This document shows, piece after piece, positions 1 to 10,663 of a DNA stretch of 64,000 bases (positions are counted from its first letter, which is position 1; each line of letters starts with the position of its first letter). The notes beneath the pieces were generated by a model. The model had not been told where the DNA came from and searched no databases. It worked only from the letters and a program-made list of their open reading frames with translations. A program made the position numbers and the translations under genes. This stretch comes from Thermodesulfobacteriota bacterium (GTDB lineage: Bacteria; Desulfobacterota_D; UBA1144; Nemesobacterales; JAJCZQ01), in the NCBI GenBank assembly GCA_965203965.1, contig CBDBDR010000017.1:288001-352000 (forward strand), written 5' to 3'.

Positions 1-19
1 AGTGGGAAAATAATCGTTT

Positions 20-66
20 GTTAAACACCGTTTAAATCCCGTTTAATCCCCATTTAAACTGTCAAT
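20..66 (-). repeat. TTGACA followed by TTTAAA-N5 repeats (11-bp period); related copy at 41301-41358
   Basis: Minus strand reads attgacag tttaaa tgggg attaaa cggga tttaaa cggtg tttaac; 41301 reads attgacac tttaaa tgggg tttaaa cggca tttaaa cagca tttaaa. Confidence 0.8.
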
Positions 67-156
67 AATTCCGCCAAAAGACCTCTCTAATCCGCGTTTC
101 TCTGGGGTTTATACTGGAACTTATTTGCTCTTTGCGAGTGGGGTGGAAGGGAAGGG

Positions 157-189
157 AAAAGGAAAACCCTGCCAATTTTGAGCAGGGTT
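157..189 (-). terminator. Probable intrinsic terminator downstream of tmRNA
   Basis: aaccctgc/gcagggtt inverted repeat followed by a T-rich run on the minus strand; a second small hairpin gctac/gtagc lies at 201-215. Confidence 0.6.
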
Positions 190-218
190 CTAAAGTGGTT
201 GCTACCGAAAGTAGCTTT

Positions 219-571
219 TGGTGGAGGCGCTGGGAATCGAACCCAGGTCCGCTAAAGAGCCTCACTTAGCTTCTACATGCTTATCCTGCTTATTAAATTT
301 CACAAGGCAAATACCAACAGGCGGGTCTAGCCTTGCAATCCCGGTTTTAATCTCGCTGCTTTACCAACCGAGCAAAGTAAATCAGCCAGCCCGTTTTTAT
401 TACGCCTCATCAAGAACCACGGGCATGATCCCTGAGAGACGTCACAGCATTATTTATGCTGCGAGTGCATTAATTGGTTCGGCACTTATTGTGCGCAATC
501 AGTTTTACGAGTTAATCAGCTCGACATGCAGCTTAAGTTGTCTCGTTTACCGTCGAAGCCAATACGCCCCC
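219..571 (-). ncRNA. ssrA: tmRNA; tag peptide (A)AEPINALAA encoded at 483-454
   Basis: 5' GGGGGCG pairs with 3' CGCCTCC-ACCA; T-arm GGGTTCGATTCCC; resume context ATAAGT-GCC; tag ends LAA-stop; adjacent to smpB. Confidence 0.97.
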
Positions 572-582
572 TTGTCAAAGAT

Positions 583-1032
583 CTATTTTCTACCTATTTT
601 TATTGCTTTTTCCATATCTCGCTTTGCTTCTTTTCTTTTTATGTCTTCGCGTTTGTCATGCTTTTTTTTGCCTTTTGCCAACCCTATCTCTAATTTTGCT
701 CTTCCGTTGGTAAAATATATTTTTGTAGGTATTAAAGTATAACCACGAGTATTTACTTTTCCTATCAGCTTGTTTATCTCCCTTCTGTGTAAAAGGAGTT
801 TTCTCTCCCTTTTTGTATCATGGTTAAAGATATTAGCGCCGAGGTAAGGTGCAATATAGCTGTTTAATAAAAACACCTCGCCTTTGCGTACCAAACCAAA
901 ACTCTCTTTTATGCTCGCACTTCCATTACGAAGAGATTTAACTTCTGACCCTTTTAGAGCCAATCCTGCTTCAAATTTCTCTTCAAATATGTAATCCCTA
1001 TGTGCAGTGGGATGTTTGCTGACTATTTTCAT
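583..1032 (-). CDS. smpB: SsrA-binding protein
   Basis: EAGLALKGSEVKSLR, RKLLLHRREI and GKKKHDKRE motifs. Confidence 0.98.
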   Translation of the reverse strand: MKIVSKHPTAHRDYIFEEKFEAGLALKGSEVKSLRNGSASIKESFGLVRKGEVFLLNSYIAPYLGANIFNHDTKRERKLLLHRREINKLIGKVNTRGYTLIPTKIYFTNGRAKLEIGLAKGKKKHDKREDIKRKEAKRDMEKAIKIGRK

Positions 1033-1140
1033 CTTGTTAATATAATACCAATGCTTAATTAAACCAGCAGTTCAGTGTGTTCGTATTGGATTAACGGAAT
1101 TATGGGAAAGGATATTGTTAATTCTGATCTTAATAAAAAC

Positions 1141-1179
1141 TTGTCACCATTGCCTGTATGGGACAAACAATGGTGACAA
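1141..1179 (-). terminator. Stem-loop downstream of the porin gene
   Basis: Perfect 12-bp inverted repeat ttgtcaccattg/caatggtgacaa. Confidence 0.65.
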
Positions 1180-1211
1180 TAAATATTTTAAAACTCTAAT
1201 ACTTCATTCAG

Positions 1212-2480
1212 CTATAAGATGTTAATATCAAAGTCATATCGTAAGCCGAGACTGAAAGTATTGGAAGTATCTGCATCTTCCATTTCAAAGTCAGTCAATA
1301 CCCATTCTGCAAAGACTTTAGTGCTTGGATGCAGTTGCTTGATCAAAGTCAAATTGACGCCTTGTCGACCTTGGTTTCTATCGTCATCGTGCATAAAATA
1401 GCCCGCAATAGTCGTAACCCCGCTGTTGCCAAGATCTAGGGAAGTTACCACGTCCAAAGTATAAGGGTTTAACTCTTCTCCGTTAGACTCAACGGATTCA
1501 TCAATATATTGATAAGTGGCGGCGATATAGAGAGCTTCTGTCACGTTAAAACTACCACCAATACCATAGAAATCCCTCTTATCTATATCATCGAGACCTT
1601 CAAGATTTTGCCTCAAGTAGGATATACCAAGATAGGCAGGTCCGTAACGGTAGCTTATCCCTACGCTGACTGCGTCTACATTGTCGGGAGCAGTGCTTAC
1701 GCCGCTATTAGTGCGGAAAACCCTATCTTCGCCGGAACCAGTTTCCAACTCCCCGTTTACCTGCATACCAGCATCTATACTGAAACCCATGAAACTGTGT
1801 GCGTATCTTACTAAGTTATCGGTACGGAAAGGACCTTCATTGTCATAGCCAAAAGGACTTGCTCGGTGGTAGTAAATGTCGGTTACCTCGGCAATGAGGT
1901 TATAGTATGGATCCCATTGCTTACCGATGGCAACAAGCCCGAACTGGTTGCTTTTCAAGCCCACATAAGCCTGCCTCGCATCACCAAAATCACCGTTGGC
2001 TTCAATGTCAACATCCCATTCTCCTTTTATCACAGCCGTCAAGTCCTCGCTTATCTTGGTACTGGCAGATATACCGACTCGGGACAGTGCATCAGTAATA
2101 TCAAGGGATGAATCATTGTCGTTTTTGTAGGTCAGTCTGGGCCAAAACCTACCATAGATGGAGACGTCAACATTATCTTTCATTTTGGACATCATGGTGT
2201 CTTCTTCCATCATGGTGTCCATAGTGTCCTCTTCCATCATTTCCTGTTCCTGAGCATCCTTTTGCTTCTGCATCATTGTCGGTTCCATTTTTTCCACGAT
2301 CTGCTGAAGCCTTATTCTTTCCTCTTGCTCTTTTTTCAGTGCCTCTTCAAGTCTCATAATGCGGTCTTCTAACTTATTCATAGGGCTAGAGGATCCTGCA
2401 TTGGCAAAACTCGGAAGCAACACTCCACAAATGACAACTCCAAGGAGAATTGTCAAAGTCTTATTGATATGGTTACTCAT
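1212..2480 (-). CDS. Gram-negative porin with N-terminal coiled coil and Met-rich linker
   Basis: Signal peptide; VSIYGR, SRVGI and RQAYVGL..GKQW motifs; C-terminal FSLGLRYDF beta-signal; AGGAGG RBS. Confidence 0.85.
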   Translation of the reverse strand: MSNHINKTLTILLGVVICGVLLPSFANAGSSSPMNKLEDRIMRLEEALKKEQEERIRLQQIVEKMEPTMMQKQKDAQEQEMMEEDTMDTMMEEDTMMSKMKDNVDVSIYGRFWPRLTYKNDNDSSLDITDALSRVGISASTKISEDLTAVIKGEWDVDIEANGDFGDARQAYVGLKSNQFGLVAIGKQWDPYYNLIAEVTDIYYHRASPFGYDNEGPFRTDNLVRYAHSFMGFSIDAGMQVNGELETGSGEDRVFRTNSGVSTAPDNVDAVSVGISYRYGPAYLGISYLRQNLEGLDDIDKRDFYGIGGSFNVTEALYIAATYQYIDESVESNGEELNPYTLDVVTSLDLGNSGVTTIAGYFMHDDDRNQGRQGVNLTLIKQLHPSTKVFAEWVLTDFEMEDADTSNTFSLGLRYDFDINIL

Positions 2481-2678
2481 AGCTAACCTCCTTATTATTT
2501 TTGAAATTGATTTATTAAAACTGCATTAAATTAATATTAAAATACTTTTGACCCGATATTTCAAGTTATTTATTTTTTCACGCGAAATTAATGCAAGTTA
2601 ATTTGTTCATTGTGTCTCTTTGTGCGTTGGCAAATTTCATTGAAACTGAAGGTGATCTTGTATAACATAGTTTCTCAT

Positions 2679-3763
2679 ATGTTTAGAAAATCCAGACGGA
2701 TCTCAATTGGAGGGGTGGATGTAGGAGGAGGAGCCGCGGTGTCAGTTCAATCAATGACAATAACTGATACGCGGGACGTTGAAGCTACTGTTGGTGAAAT
2801 AAAAAGACTTGAAAATGCAGGTTGTGATATAGTGCGCGTTGCCGTTCCGGATATGGATGCATGTAAGGCAATAGGGAAGATAAAAAAGCAGATAAAAATA
2901 CCCATAATATCAGATATACATTTTGATTATCGTCTTGCACTTGAAGCCGTCAGGCAGGGTGTTGATGGCATGAGGATCAACCCTGGCAACATAGGTGCCA
3001 AATATAAAATAAAAGCCGTAGTGGATGCAGTAAAAGAAAGAGACATTCCTATCAGGATTGGTGTTAATTCCGGTTCACTTGAAAAAGATATACTCAAAAA
3101 GCACGGAAATCCTACGGCAGAGGCTTTGGTGGAAAGTGCTATCAGGCATGTTCATATTCTGGAAGATTTTGATTTTTACGACATTAAAATATCGGTCAAG
3201 TCAACCGATGTAAAAAAAATGATAAAGGCATACAGGCTGCTTGCAGAAAAGACCGAATATCCTCTTCACCTTGGGGTAACTGAAGCCGGAACACCAAAAA
3301 TGGGAGTTGTAAAGTCATCAATTGGTATAGGAAGCCTTTTGGCAGATGGGATAGGTGATACGATCAGAGTTTCATTGACCGGCGACCCGGTTAACGAGGT
3401 GATAACTGGGATAAACGTCCTTAGATCTCTTGGAATGAGGAACAACGGTATTGAGCTTATATCATGTCCTGGTTGTGGTAGGCTGGAGATTGATCTTATA
3501 AAATTGGTCAATGACGTTGAGGAAAGAGTGGGTGGGATTGAACTGCCCAGACCTGTTAAGGTGGCAATCCTTGGCTGCGTGGTGAATGGTCCTGGTGAGG
3601 CATCAGAAGCTGACATAGGAATAGCGGGAGGTAAGGGTAAAGGTATGCTTTACAAAGATGGAAAACTTATACGTTCTTTTAAGGAAGAGGATATTGTGGA
3701 TGAACTTGTTAAGGAGATAGAGATTTTCGCTGACTGCCCCTCAACGATTTCTGCCGAACATCA

Positions 3764-3785
<22 letters not shown>
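2679..3785 (+). CDS. ispG: (E)-4-hydroxy-3-methylbut-2-enyl-diphosphate synthase
   Basis: SVQSMT, DIHFD, RINPGN, HLGVTEAG, SCPGCGR and GCVVNGPGE motifs; ATG 2679 preferred over TTG 2610. Confidence 0.97.
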
Positions 3786-3840
<55 letters not shown>

Positions 3841-3900
3841 CCAGGTAACTGAGTAGTGTATTAAAACCTGAATACATGTCAAGTTGTGCTCTAAAACATC

Positions 3901-5712
3901 TCAATTTATTTGTGATAATTCCACGGTTTCTTGAACCATGTCCTTTAGAAGATCCAACCCCCCTTGCCAGAAATTGGGATCGTTGATGTTTACCCCTACC
4001 TTTTTAATAAGAAGTTCAGGTGGTTCACTGCCACCAGCGGATAGCATGTCAAGGTATTTGGGAACAAATGATCTTCCATCTTGCAGATATTTCTGATAAA
4101 GTGCCAGAACAAGCAGTTCACCGAATGAATAGGCATAGCAGTAAAAAGGGGAATGAATAAAATGCGGTATATACATCCACCAGATTTTGTAGTTTTCCGT
4201 TAGCTCAACCGATTTGCCAAACATAGTTTTGTTCACTTCCATCCAAAGCTCATTGATTCTTTCTTTCACAAGTTCGCCTTCTTTGCGTCTGGCTGTGTGG
4301 AGAGCATGCTCAAACTTGGTCATAACCACCTGTCTGAAAACCGTGGCGAAAGCGTCTTCAAGTTTTCCACACATAAGAGCCAGTTTTGCTTCCCTGTTTT
4401 TCTCGTTTTTTATTAGCTTGTCAAAGACAAGCATTTCCGCAAAGACACTGGCAGTTTCCGCTGTGGTAAGTGGAGTATTTGCCTGTAAATGCCCCTGTTT
4501 TTTTGAGAGGTATTGATGAATGCCGTGTCCCAATTCATGGGCTACCGTCATAACGTCTCTCATTTTTCCAGAGTAATTAACAAGCACATAAGGGTGAGCA
4601 CTGGGGACGGTGCCATGGCTGAATGCCCCGCCTCTTTTGCCTTCTCTAAGCTCTGCGTCTATCCAGTTTTTATCAAAGAACATTGTGGCTATTTTTGCCA
4701 TCTTTACCGAGAAATCACCGAACGCCTCCAAGATGATTCTTTTTGCCTCATCATAATTTACCGTTTTGTCCCCTGATAATACCGGTGCATATCTGTCATA
4801 ATCATACATTTTTCCCAGCTTGAGAACTGTTTTCTTCAGCTTGTAGTATTTTTCAACAATGTTGTAGTTTTTTACGCATGATTCGAGCAAAGTGGTTACA
4901 GTTTGTTCATCAATCTCATTGTCGAGATTTCTGTGTGACATTGCATGGGGGTATGCTCGTAAACGGTCGTTGATTGAGTGATCATTTACAATTGTGTTAA
5001 ATATGTAGGTTATAACGTGAGAATTCTGGTCAAGCCCTTTTGTAAGACTCACAGAAGCGGCTTTTCTTACTTTTCTATCTGGGTCATAAAGGAGTGAGAG
5101 GATCTCTGTTTCCGTTAGATTTTGAATTTTACCCTTTAACTTGATTTGAAATTTGATGTTATTTATTAATTCATCAAACAGCCTGATAAACGCCCTTGAA
5201 CCCGTGTTGGCTTTTTCAGCAAGAATTTTTTCCTCTGCTTCAGAAAGTGTGTGGGGTTTATATTTTCTCTGGTGCTTCAAGATATGGGCATAGTCTGAAA
5301 GTTGATTGTCTTTCAGCAGTTTGTTTGCAGTTTTGTCTGAAAGCTCAACCCATTCAAGCTCAAAAAAGATCAGCGTTTTTCTTATCTCAGTAGTTTTTTC
5401 CTGAATTGATTGCAAAAAAGCACCATACTCAGGGTTTCTGGTATCGCCGGCAAAGAGCAAATAGGCAAAGGACAGCAGTTTATCAATGGATTCCGATATT
5501 GTTTCCAGTTCTTTGACTGCTTTTAACAACTTAGAACTGTTTAGTTTGTCGGATCTTATTTTATTCCTGTATTTTTTCTCAAAACGTTGAGCGTCTTGAC
5601 GTGTTTTACCTATATCACGTTCTATGTTTTTGTCGTCTAATCCTTTATAAAGGTCATTTAAGTTCCACCTTACACCTTCGGCTCCAGTTCGGTTCTTTTC
5701 TGCTCTACTCAT
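3901..5712 (-). CDS. pepF: M3 family oligoendopeptidase F
   Basis: WNLNDLY, GKRGGAF, HELGH zinc motif, AETAS, FYCYAY. Confidence 0.92.
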   Translation of the reverse strand: MSRAEKNRTGAEGVRWNLNDLYKGLDDKNIERDIGKTRQDAQRFEKKYRNKIRSDKLNSSKLLKAVKELETISESIDKLLSFAYLLFAGDTRNPEYGAFLQSIQEKTTEIRKTLIFFELEWVELSDKTANKLLKDNQLSDYAHILKHQRKYKPHTLSEAEEKILAEKANTGSRAFIRLFDELINNIKFQIKLKGKIQNLTETEILSLLYDPDRKVRKAASVSLTKGLDQNSHVITYIFNTIVNDHSINDRLRAYPHAMSHRNLDNEIDEQTVTTLLESCVKNYNIVEKYYKLKKTVLKLGKMYDYDRYAPVLSGDKTVNYDEAKRIILEAFGDFSVKMAKIATMFFDKNWIDAELREGKRGGAFSHGTVPSAHPYVLVNYSGKMRDVMTVAHELGHGIHQYLSKKQGHLQANTPLTTAETASVFAEMLVFDKLIKNEKNREAKLALMCGKLEDAFATVFRQVVMTKFEHALHTARRKEGELVKERINELWMEVNKTMFGKSVELTENYKIWWMYIPHFIHSPFYCYAYSFGELLVLALYQKYLQDGRSFVPKYLDMLSAGGSEPPELLIKKVGVNINDPNFWQGGLDLLKDMVQETVELSQIN

Positions 5713-5721
5713 TGTCCTCTC

Positions 5722-6189
5722 TTATCCTTTCTGGTTGTTTTCCAGTTTCTGAAGTTCTCTTCTTACAATCTGGTTTATTAATTTACCGTCCGCTTTTCCC
5801 TTGAGATGTGGCATAACTAGTTTCATAACGGTTCCCAAGTCCTTGATTCCACCGACATCACTTCCCGCGATGATCTCCAGAACTTTACCGGTGATTTCAT
5901 TTTCAGAAAACTGCTCAGGCATATATTTCATCAATATATCCATTTCTTGCTTTTCTATGTCCGCAGCGTCTTTACGGTCTACTTTGATATATTCTTCTGC
6001 AGCCTCTCTTCTTTTTTTGATCTCGCTTGATACCACTTGGATAACCTGTTTGTCGTCCAGTTTATTCTTGTTTTCAATCTCCTTATTTTTTATGGATGCC
6101 TGAAGCATTCTTAGAACGTTAAGCTCAAGTGATCTCTTCTCACGTAGGGCGGATTTTAAATCTTCTGGTATTTGATCTCTTAATCCCAT
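5722..6189 (-). CDS. GatB/YqeY domain protein
   Basis: IKKRREA..EY, YMPEQ, DLGTVMK, GKADGK. Confidence 0.92.
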   Translation of the reverse strand: MGLRDQIPEDLKSALREKRSLELNVLRMLQASIKNKEIENKNKLDDKQVIQVVSSEIKKRREAAEEYIKVDRKDAADIEKQEMDILMKYMPEQFSENEITGKVLEIIAGSDVGGIKDLGTVMKLVMPHLKGKADGKLINQIVRRELQKLENNQKG

Positions 6190-6190
6190 A

Positions 6191-6721
6191 TTACTCTCCT
6201 TTGACGCTCAACTCATATATCCCATTCAGATTTCTACCCCATCCATTGTAGTCCATTCCATAACCAACAAGGAACCCCCCATCAACATCAAATACTTTGT
6301 AGTCTGCTGATATGCCAATTTCACGTCTTTCTTTTTTATCAATTAAGGTGCACGTTTTCAAACTTTTGGGTTTATGTCTGCCAAGGTATTTCTTTAAGTA
6401 AGCGAGCGATTTTCCAGTGTCAATAATGTCTTCCACTATTATCACTGCTCTTTCAGAAATATCAGTTGATAGATCATTGATGAGTGAAATCTCTCTTGCC
6501 GTCCTGCCTTTCGGGTAGCTTGAAATTTTAATGAAATCAATTTCATGGTTTATTTTGATGCTTCTTGCCAGATCAGATAGAAACATGCAACTACCGTTCA
6601 AAACCCCTATCAAGATAGGATCCAGATTTCTATAATCTTTGGATATTATAGTTCCGAGTTGTCTTACTTTTTCGTTAATCTGGCTTGCGCTGAATATAGG
6701 TTTCAATGAGGCTTTATTCAT
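6191..6721 (-). CDS. hpt: Hypoxanthine phosphoribosyltransferase
   Basis: GVLNG, VEDIIDTG PRPP motif, FLVGYGMDY. Confidence 0.93.
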   Translation of the reverse strand: MNKASLKPIFSASQINEKVRQLGTIISKDYRNLDPILIGVLNGSCMFLSDLARSIKINHEIDFIKISSYPKGRTAREISLINDLSTDISERAVIIVEDIIDTGKSLAYLKKYLGRHKPKSLKTCTLIDKKERREIGISADYKVFDVDGGFLVGYGMDYNGWGRNLNGIYELSVKGE

Positions 6722-6739
6722 AGGTTATAGGAAAACTTG

Positions 6740-7138
6740 TCAGAATTTAAAATTCGGTATCAATTCAAGAATTGAATCTCTTAAAAAATTTCGTGAATAT
6801 ACATTGGGGTCAACTACCCGGTCATTCCATACTAATATATCAAGATCTATGGTTCTCGGTCTATTTTTTATTGTTGTTTTTTTTCTCCCAAGTTTTATCT
6901 CAATATCCTTTAAAATTTTATCAATACCGGTTTCATCGTGTTCAGTCTCTATAAGAAAAGCCCCATTCAGGAAATCATCCTGATTTTCGTATCCGATAGG
7001 TTTTGTGAAAATAAATTTTGAAGAATTTAAAATCTTTAACTTCAAAGAGACTTTCTCCATCGCGAGCTTGATATTGTCTTTGGGGTTAATGTTTGAACCT
7101 GCCCCGATAACTGCGGTGTTTGTTTTAACTCTGCTCAA
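6740..7138 (-). CDS. folK: 6-hydroxymethyl-dihydropterin pyrophosphokinase
   Basis: GAGSN, DFLN, PRTIDLDIL. Confidence 0.93.
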   Translation of the reverse strand: MSRVKTNTAVIGAGSNINPKDNIKLAMEKVSLKLKILNSSKFIFTKPIGYENQDDFLNGAFLIETEHDETGIDKILKDIEIKLGRKKTTIKNRPRTIDLDILVWNDRVVDPNVYSRNFLRDSILELIPNFKF

Positions 7139-7475
7139 TTGTGTGTGTTACTGAAACGGAATCTGCAAATCTTAAAGCACCCGGCTTGTCAACTCTGACT
7201 ATTGCTTTTTTTATTTTTTTATCTTCCATTATAATGCTGCCAATAGAGACGACCATTTTTTCCAGAAGATTAAAACTTTCTTTTTCCACATAGTTTATGA
7301 TTTTTTTGTTTAGGGATTTATAGTCAACAGTATCCTCAATCCTGTCATTTTTTCCTGCCATTGTACCATCAAACTCCAATTCAATATTAATGTTTACGTC
7401 CTGTTTTTTCTCTTTTTCCCAGTCAAACACTCCTATAATTGTTCTCAGCTTTAAATTTTCTATCTTTATTATCAT
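7125..7475 (-). CDS. FolB/FolX family dihydroneopterin aldolase or epimerase
   Basis: LRTIIGVFDWE, VDYK, FNLLEK, DKPGALRFADSVSV; FolB and FolX not distinguished. Confidence 0.88.
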   Translation of the reverse strand: MIIKIENLKLRTIIGVFDWEKEKKQDVNINIELEFDGTMAGKNDRIEDTVDYKSLNKKIINYVEKESFNLLEKMVVSIGSIIMEDKKIKKAIVRVDKPGALRFADSVSVTHTIEQS

Positions 7476-7477
7476 TT

Positions 7478-8188
7478 TTACAAGTGTTGACCACCATCTA
7501 TAAACATGGTTTCCCCAGTGATGAACTCGTTGGTTATTAAATACCTGACGGCTTGGTTAATATAGCTTGTATTGCCAACTTTTTTCAAGGGTGTTTTCAA
7601 GGCAATTTTCTTGAGTTTTTTCATATCATCTCCTTGTGCAGGCATTATGGGACCGGGACAAATGGCATTTACCCTGATTTTTGGAGCAAGCTCTTTAGCA
7701 AGCATTAGTGTGAGTTGATGAAGTAGTTTTTTACTCAGATTGTAAACAAAGTGTGCATTGTGGACCTTGGAAATTCTTGAATCAAGCATATTTATGATCA
7801 TTCCACTTGAGATGTTTTTTGCAAAATTCTGGGAAAGAAAAAAAGGGGATTTGAAATTTATATTGAAGTCAGCGTCAAAGCTTTTCTCAGTCACATCGGC
7901 AAACCTTATTTCTCTAAATATTGAAGCGTTGTTAATAAGGATTTTAAGGCCGGGGAATTTTGTTATTACTTTACTTATTAAAGCTGAACTTGCAGAGGGG
8001 TCAGACAGATCAGCCTTGAAAATTTCACATTTAACGCCGAGTTTTTGAATATCTAATTTTGTTCTATCTGCTTCCTCACTTGACAAATTATAATGAATTG
8101 CCACGTCATACCCCATACCGGCGAGCTCCATTGAGAGTGATCTTCCTATTCTTATAGATCCACCTGTTATAAGTGCTGCATTTGCCAT
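7478..8188 (-). CDS. Pteridine reductase-like SDR (FolM/PTR1 type)
   Basis: TGGSIRIG, LINNAS, YNLSK, RVNAICPG, DGGQHL; folate cluster context. Confidence 0.85.
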   Translation of the reverse strand: MANAALITGGSIRIGRSLSMELAGMGYDVAIHYNLSSEEADRTKLDIQKLGVKCEIFKADLSDPSASSALISKVITKFPGLKILINNASIFREIRFADVTEKSFDADFNINFKSPFFLSQNFAKNISSGMIINMLDSRISKVHNAHFVYNLSKKLLHQLTLMLAKELAPKIRVNAICPGPIMPAQGDDMKKLKKIALKTPLKKVGNTSYINQAVRYLITNEFITGETMFIDGGQHL

Positions 8189-8394
8189 TTTTTATTGTTA
8201 CAGTTTTTCCTTATCTCGTATTATACTAATGAAGAGCAAATCTTTGTTTTTACCAAAAGTCGTTTTACTTCCTGTATTAAAAGTATTAGTTTATCTGATA
8301 ATTTTCTGGCCAGAAAATATTTGACTTACTTGATAGATTGTTTATGTTCAATGGTCAAATTAATATTTACAGAGATTGTTGAAGGGGGTTATTC

Positions 8395-9414
8395 ATGAGA
8401 GCAATAACTTTATTATTTATGGCTGTTATTTTTCCTCTACTTGTGAACACGGTTCAAGGTGGAACACTTGAAAAGGTCAAGCAGCAGGGCAAGTTGGACT
8501 GCATTATTTCATCCGGATTGGCAGGGTTTTCCTCAACGGATGCAAAAGGCAACTGGCAGGGTTTTGACGTAGATTTTTGTAGAGCTGTTGCTGCTGCCGT
8601 TTTGGGTAGTGGTGACAAAGTAAAATTTATTCCTTCCACGAATGAGGAGCGTTTTACCAAGCTAAATTCCGGCGAAGGCGACATTTTGTTCCGTAACACC
8701 ACTGAAACGTTCAGTCGTGATACTGATCTGAAATTAACTTTTCTACCCGTTAATTACTACGATGGTCAGGGTTTTCTAATCCGCAAAGATCTTGGTGTGA
8801 AATCCGTAATGGAATTGGAGGGAGCTTCTATATGTATTCAGACGGGAACTACCACTGAATTGAATCTGGCTGATTATTTCCGTTCCAATAATATTAAATA
8901 TGAGCCGGTTAATACTAAAACCAATGAAGAAAGCATTAAGAATTATGAGAGTAAGAGGTGCGACGCATATACAACTGACACATCTGGATTGGCTGCTACG
9001 CGTGCGGTGCTGAAAAATCCTTCGGATCACATTATTCTTCCTGAGATAATTTCAAAAGAACCTCTTGCCGGTGCTGTGCGTCAAGGCGACGACCAGTGGG
9101 CAGATATAGGTAAGTGGGTTGTTAATGCAATAATAATTGCTGAAGAGTTGGGAATTAACTCAAAGAACGTATTAAAACATGCATCTGCACCGGGTAAAGA
9201 TCCAAAAATTAATCGTCTTTTGGGTACTGCAGGTAATATGGGTGCAAAACTTGGGCTTGATAAAGAATGGGCGGTTCGCGCAATTTCAGCCGTGGGTAAC
9301 TATGGTGAGATATTTGATTCAAATATTGGTTCCAAAACACCTATCAACTTAGAAAGGGGTTTAAATGCTCTCTGGAAAAACGGCGGGATATTGTATGCAG
9401 CCCCTATACGTTGA
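8395..9414 (+). CDS. aapJ: General L-amino acid ABC transporter substrate-binding protein (AapJ/BztA)
   Basis: GFDVDFCRAVAAAV, GTTTELNLADYF, ISKEPL, GNYGEIF, YAAPIR. Confidence 0.93.
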   Translation: MRAITLLFMAVIFPLLVNTVQGGTLEKVKQQGKLDCIISSGLAGFSSTDAKGNWQGFDVDFCRAVAAAVLGSGDKVKFIPSTNEERFTKLNSGEGDILFRNTTETFSRDTDLKLTFLPVNYYDGQGFLIRKDLGVKSVMELEGASICIQTGTTTELNLADYFRSNNIKYEPVNTKTNEESIKNYESKRCDAYTTDTSGLAATRAVLKNPSDHIILPEIISKEPLAGAVRQGDDQWADIGKWVVNAIIIAEELGINSKNVLKHASAPGKDPKINRLLGTAGNMGAKLGLDKEWAVRAISAVGNYGEIFDSNIGSKTPINLERGLNALWKNGGILYAAPIR

Positions 9415-9445
9415 TCAGGTATTGCCTCGGTAAGATGTCCTAACA

Positions 9446-10651
9446 ATGGACAAAGGAACCGAAATTTCCAATCGAACTGGATCTTCACAAAGAATCCTGT
9501 CCCGGCTGTGGAATGATGAAGCATCCAGATCGGTTATAATCCAAATAATTGCGTTTGCACTGATATTCGGATTATTAATATACTTTATAAGAAATGTTGT
9601 TGTTAATCTTGAGGCAATAGGAAAGGGTTTCAGTTTTAACTATTTATGGGAACCTGCAGGTTATGATATAAATCAGCGCCTGATAGAATATACCTCTCAT
9701 TCCACTCACTTCCGGGCTATGGTAGTGGGGATACTCAATACGTTATTGGTGGCGATTAGTGGGATTATTTTGTCAACTATACTGGGTTTTTTCCTCGGTG
9801 TTTTGCGATTATCAAAAAACTGGCTGACAAGTAAATTAGCCTATGTTTATGTTGAATACGTCAGGAATGTTCCTGTGTTGCTCCATATATTTTTGGTATA
9901 TGGCATCATGGTTAATACACTGCCGGTGCCAAGAGAGGCACAAAGTCTGGGAGATATTGCTTTTCTGACTAATCGTGGTTTTTTTCTTCCAAAACCGCTT
10001 TTTGAACCTCTGTTCTGGGTGGTATCATTACTGTTTATTGCAGGTGTTGTTTTTGTTATATTGTTCCGCAGGCACGCACGTAAAATACAACATAAAACTG
10101 GAAAGCAATACCCGACTTTCTTAATATCAATGTTAGTGGTATTGGTCGTTCCGTTTGTGGCTTATTTTCTGACAGGTAGTCCAATCGCTTGGGATATACC
10201 AAAATTCAAGGGATTTAATTTTGCGGGGGGTATTGTGATCAGACCTGAATTCATTGCGCTTTGGCTTGCTCTGTCCTTATATACCGCGTCTTTCATTAGT
10301 GAGATTGTCAGGGCAGGAATTATAGCTATTGATCGTGGACAGACTGAGGCTTCTCTATCTCTTGGCATAAGTCGGAGCAAAACACTTGATTTGGTTATTA
10401 TACCCCAGGCACTCAGGGTGATCGTGCCGCCTCTTACTTCCCAGTATCTTAACATTACCAAAAATTCATCTCTTGCTGTTGCAATCGGTTATATGGATAT
10501 TGTTGCAACTATTGGTGGTATTTCACTGAATCAAACGGGCAGGGAAGTGGAGTGTATGCTTATTGTATTATCCTTATATCTGGTTTTATCCCTGTTAATA
10601 TCGTCGGCTATGAATATATACAACAAACGGATTAAATTGGTTGAACGTTAG
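9446..10651 (+). CDS. aapQ: Amino acid ABC permease (AapQ/BztB)
   Basis: VGILNTL, EIVRAGI, YLNITKNSSLAVAIGY. Confidence 0.92.
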   Translation: MDKGTEISNRTGSSQRILSRLWNDEASRSVIIQIIAFALIFGLLIYFIRNVVVNLEAIGKGFSFNYLWEPAGYDINQRLIEYTSHSTHFRAMVVGILNTLLVAISGIILSTILGFFLGVLRLSKNWLTSKLAYVYVEYVRNVPVLLHIFLVYGIMVNTLPVPREAQSLGDIAFLTNRGFFLPKPLFEPLFWVVSLLFIAGVVFVILFRRHARKIQHKTGKQYPTFLISMLVVLVVPFVAYFLTGSPIAWDIPKFKGFNFAGGIVIRPEFIALWLALSLYTASFISEIVRAGIIAIDRGQTEASLSLGISRSKTLDLVIIPQALRVIVPPLTSQYLNITKNSSLAVAIGYMDIVATIGGISLNQTGREVECMLIVLSLYLVLSLLISSAMNIYNKRIKLVER

Positions 10652-10663
10652 GAAGGTGCAGTC

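Noticed and set aside
1..218. Prophage or island integrated at ssrA
   Set aside because: No integrase or duplicated ssrA 3' end is visible; the window ends too soon to judge
218..742. 174-aa plus-strand ORF and 62..265 minus-strand ORF
   Set aside because: They overlap tmRNA and smpB; shadow ORFs
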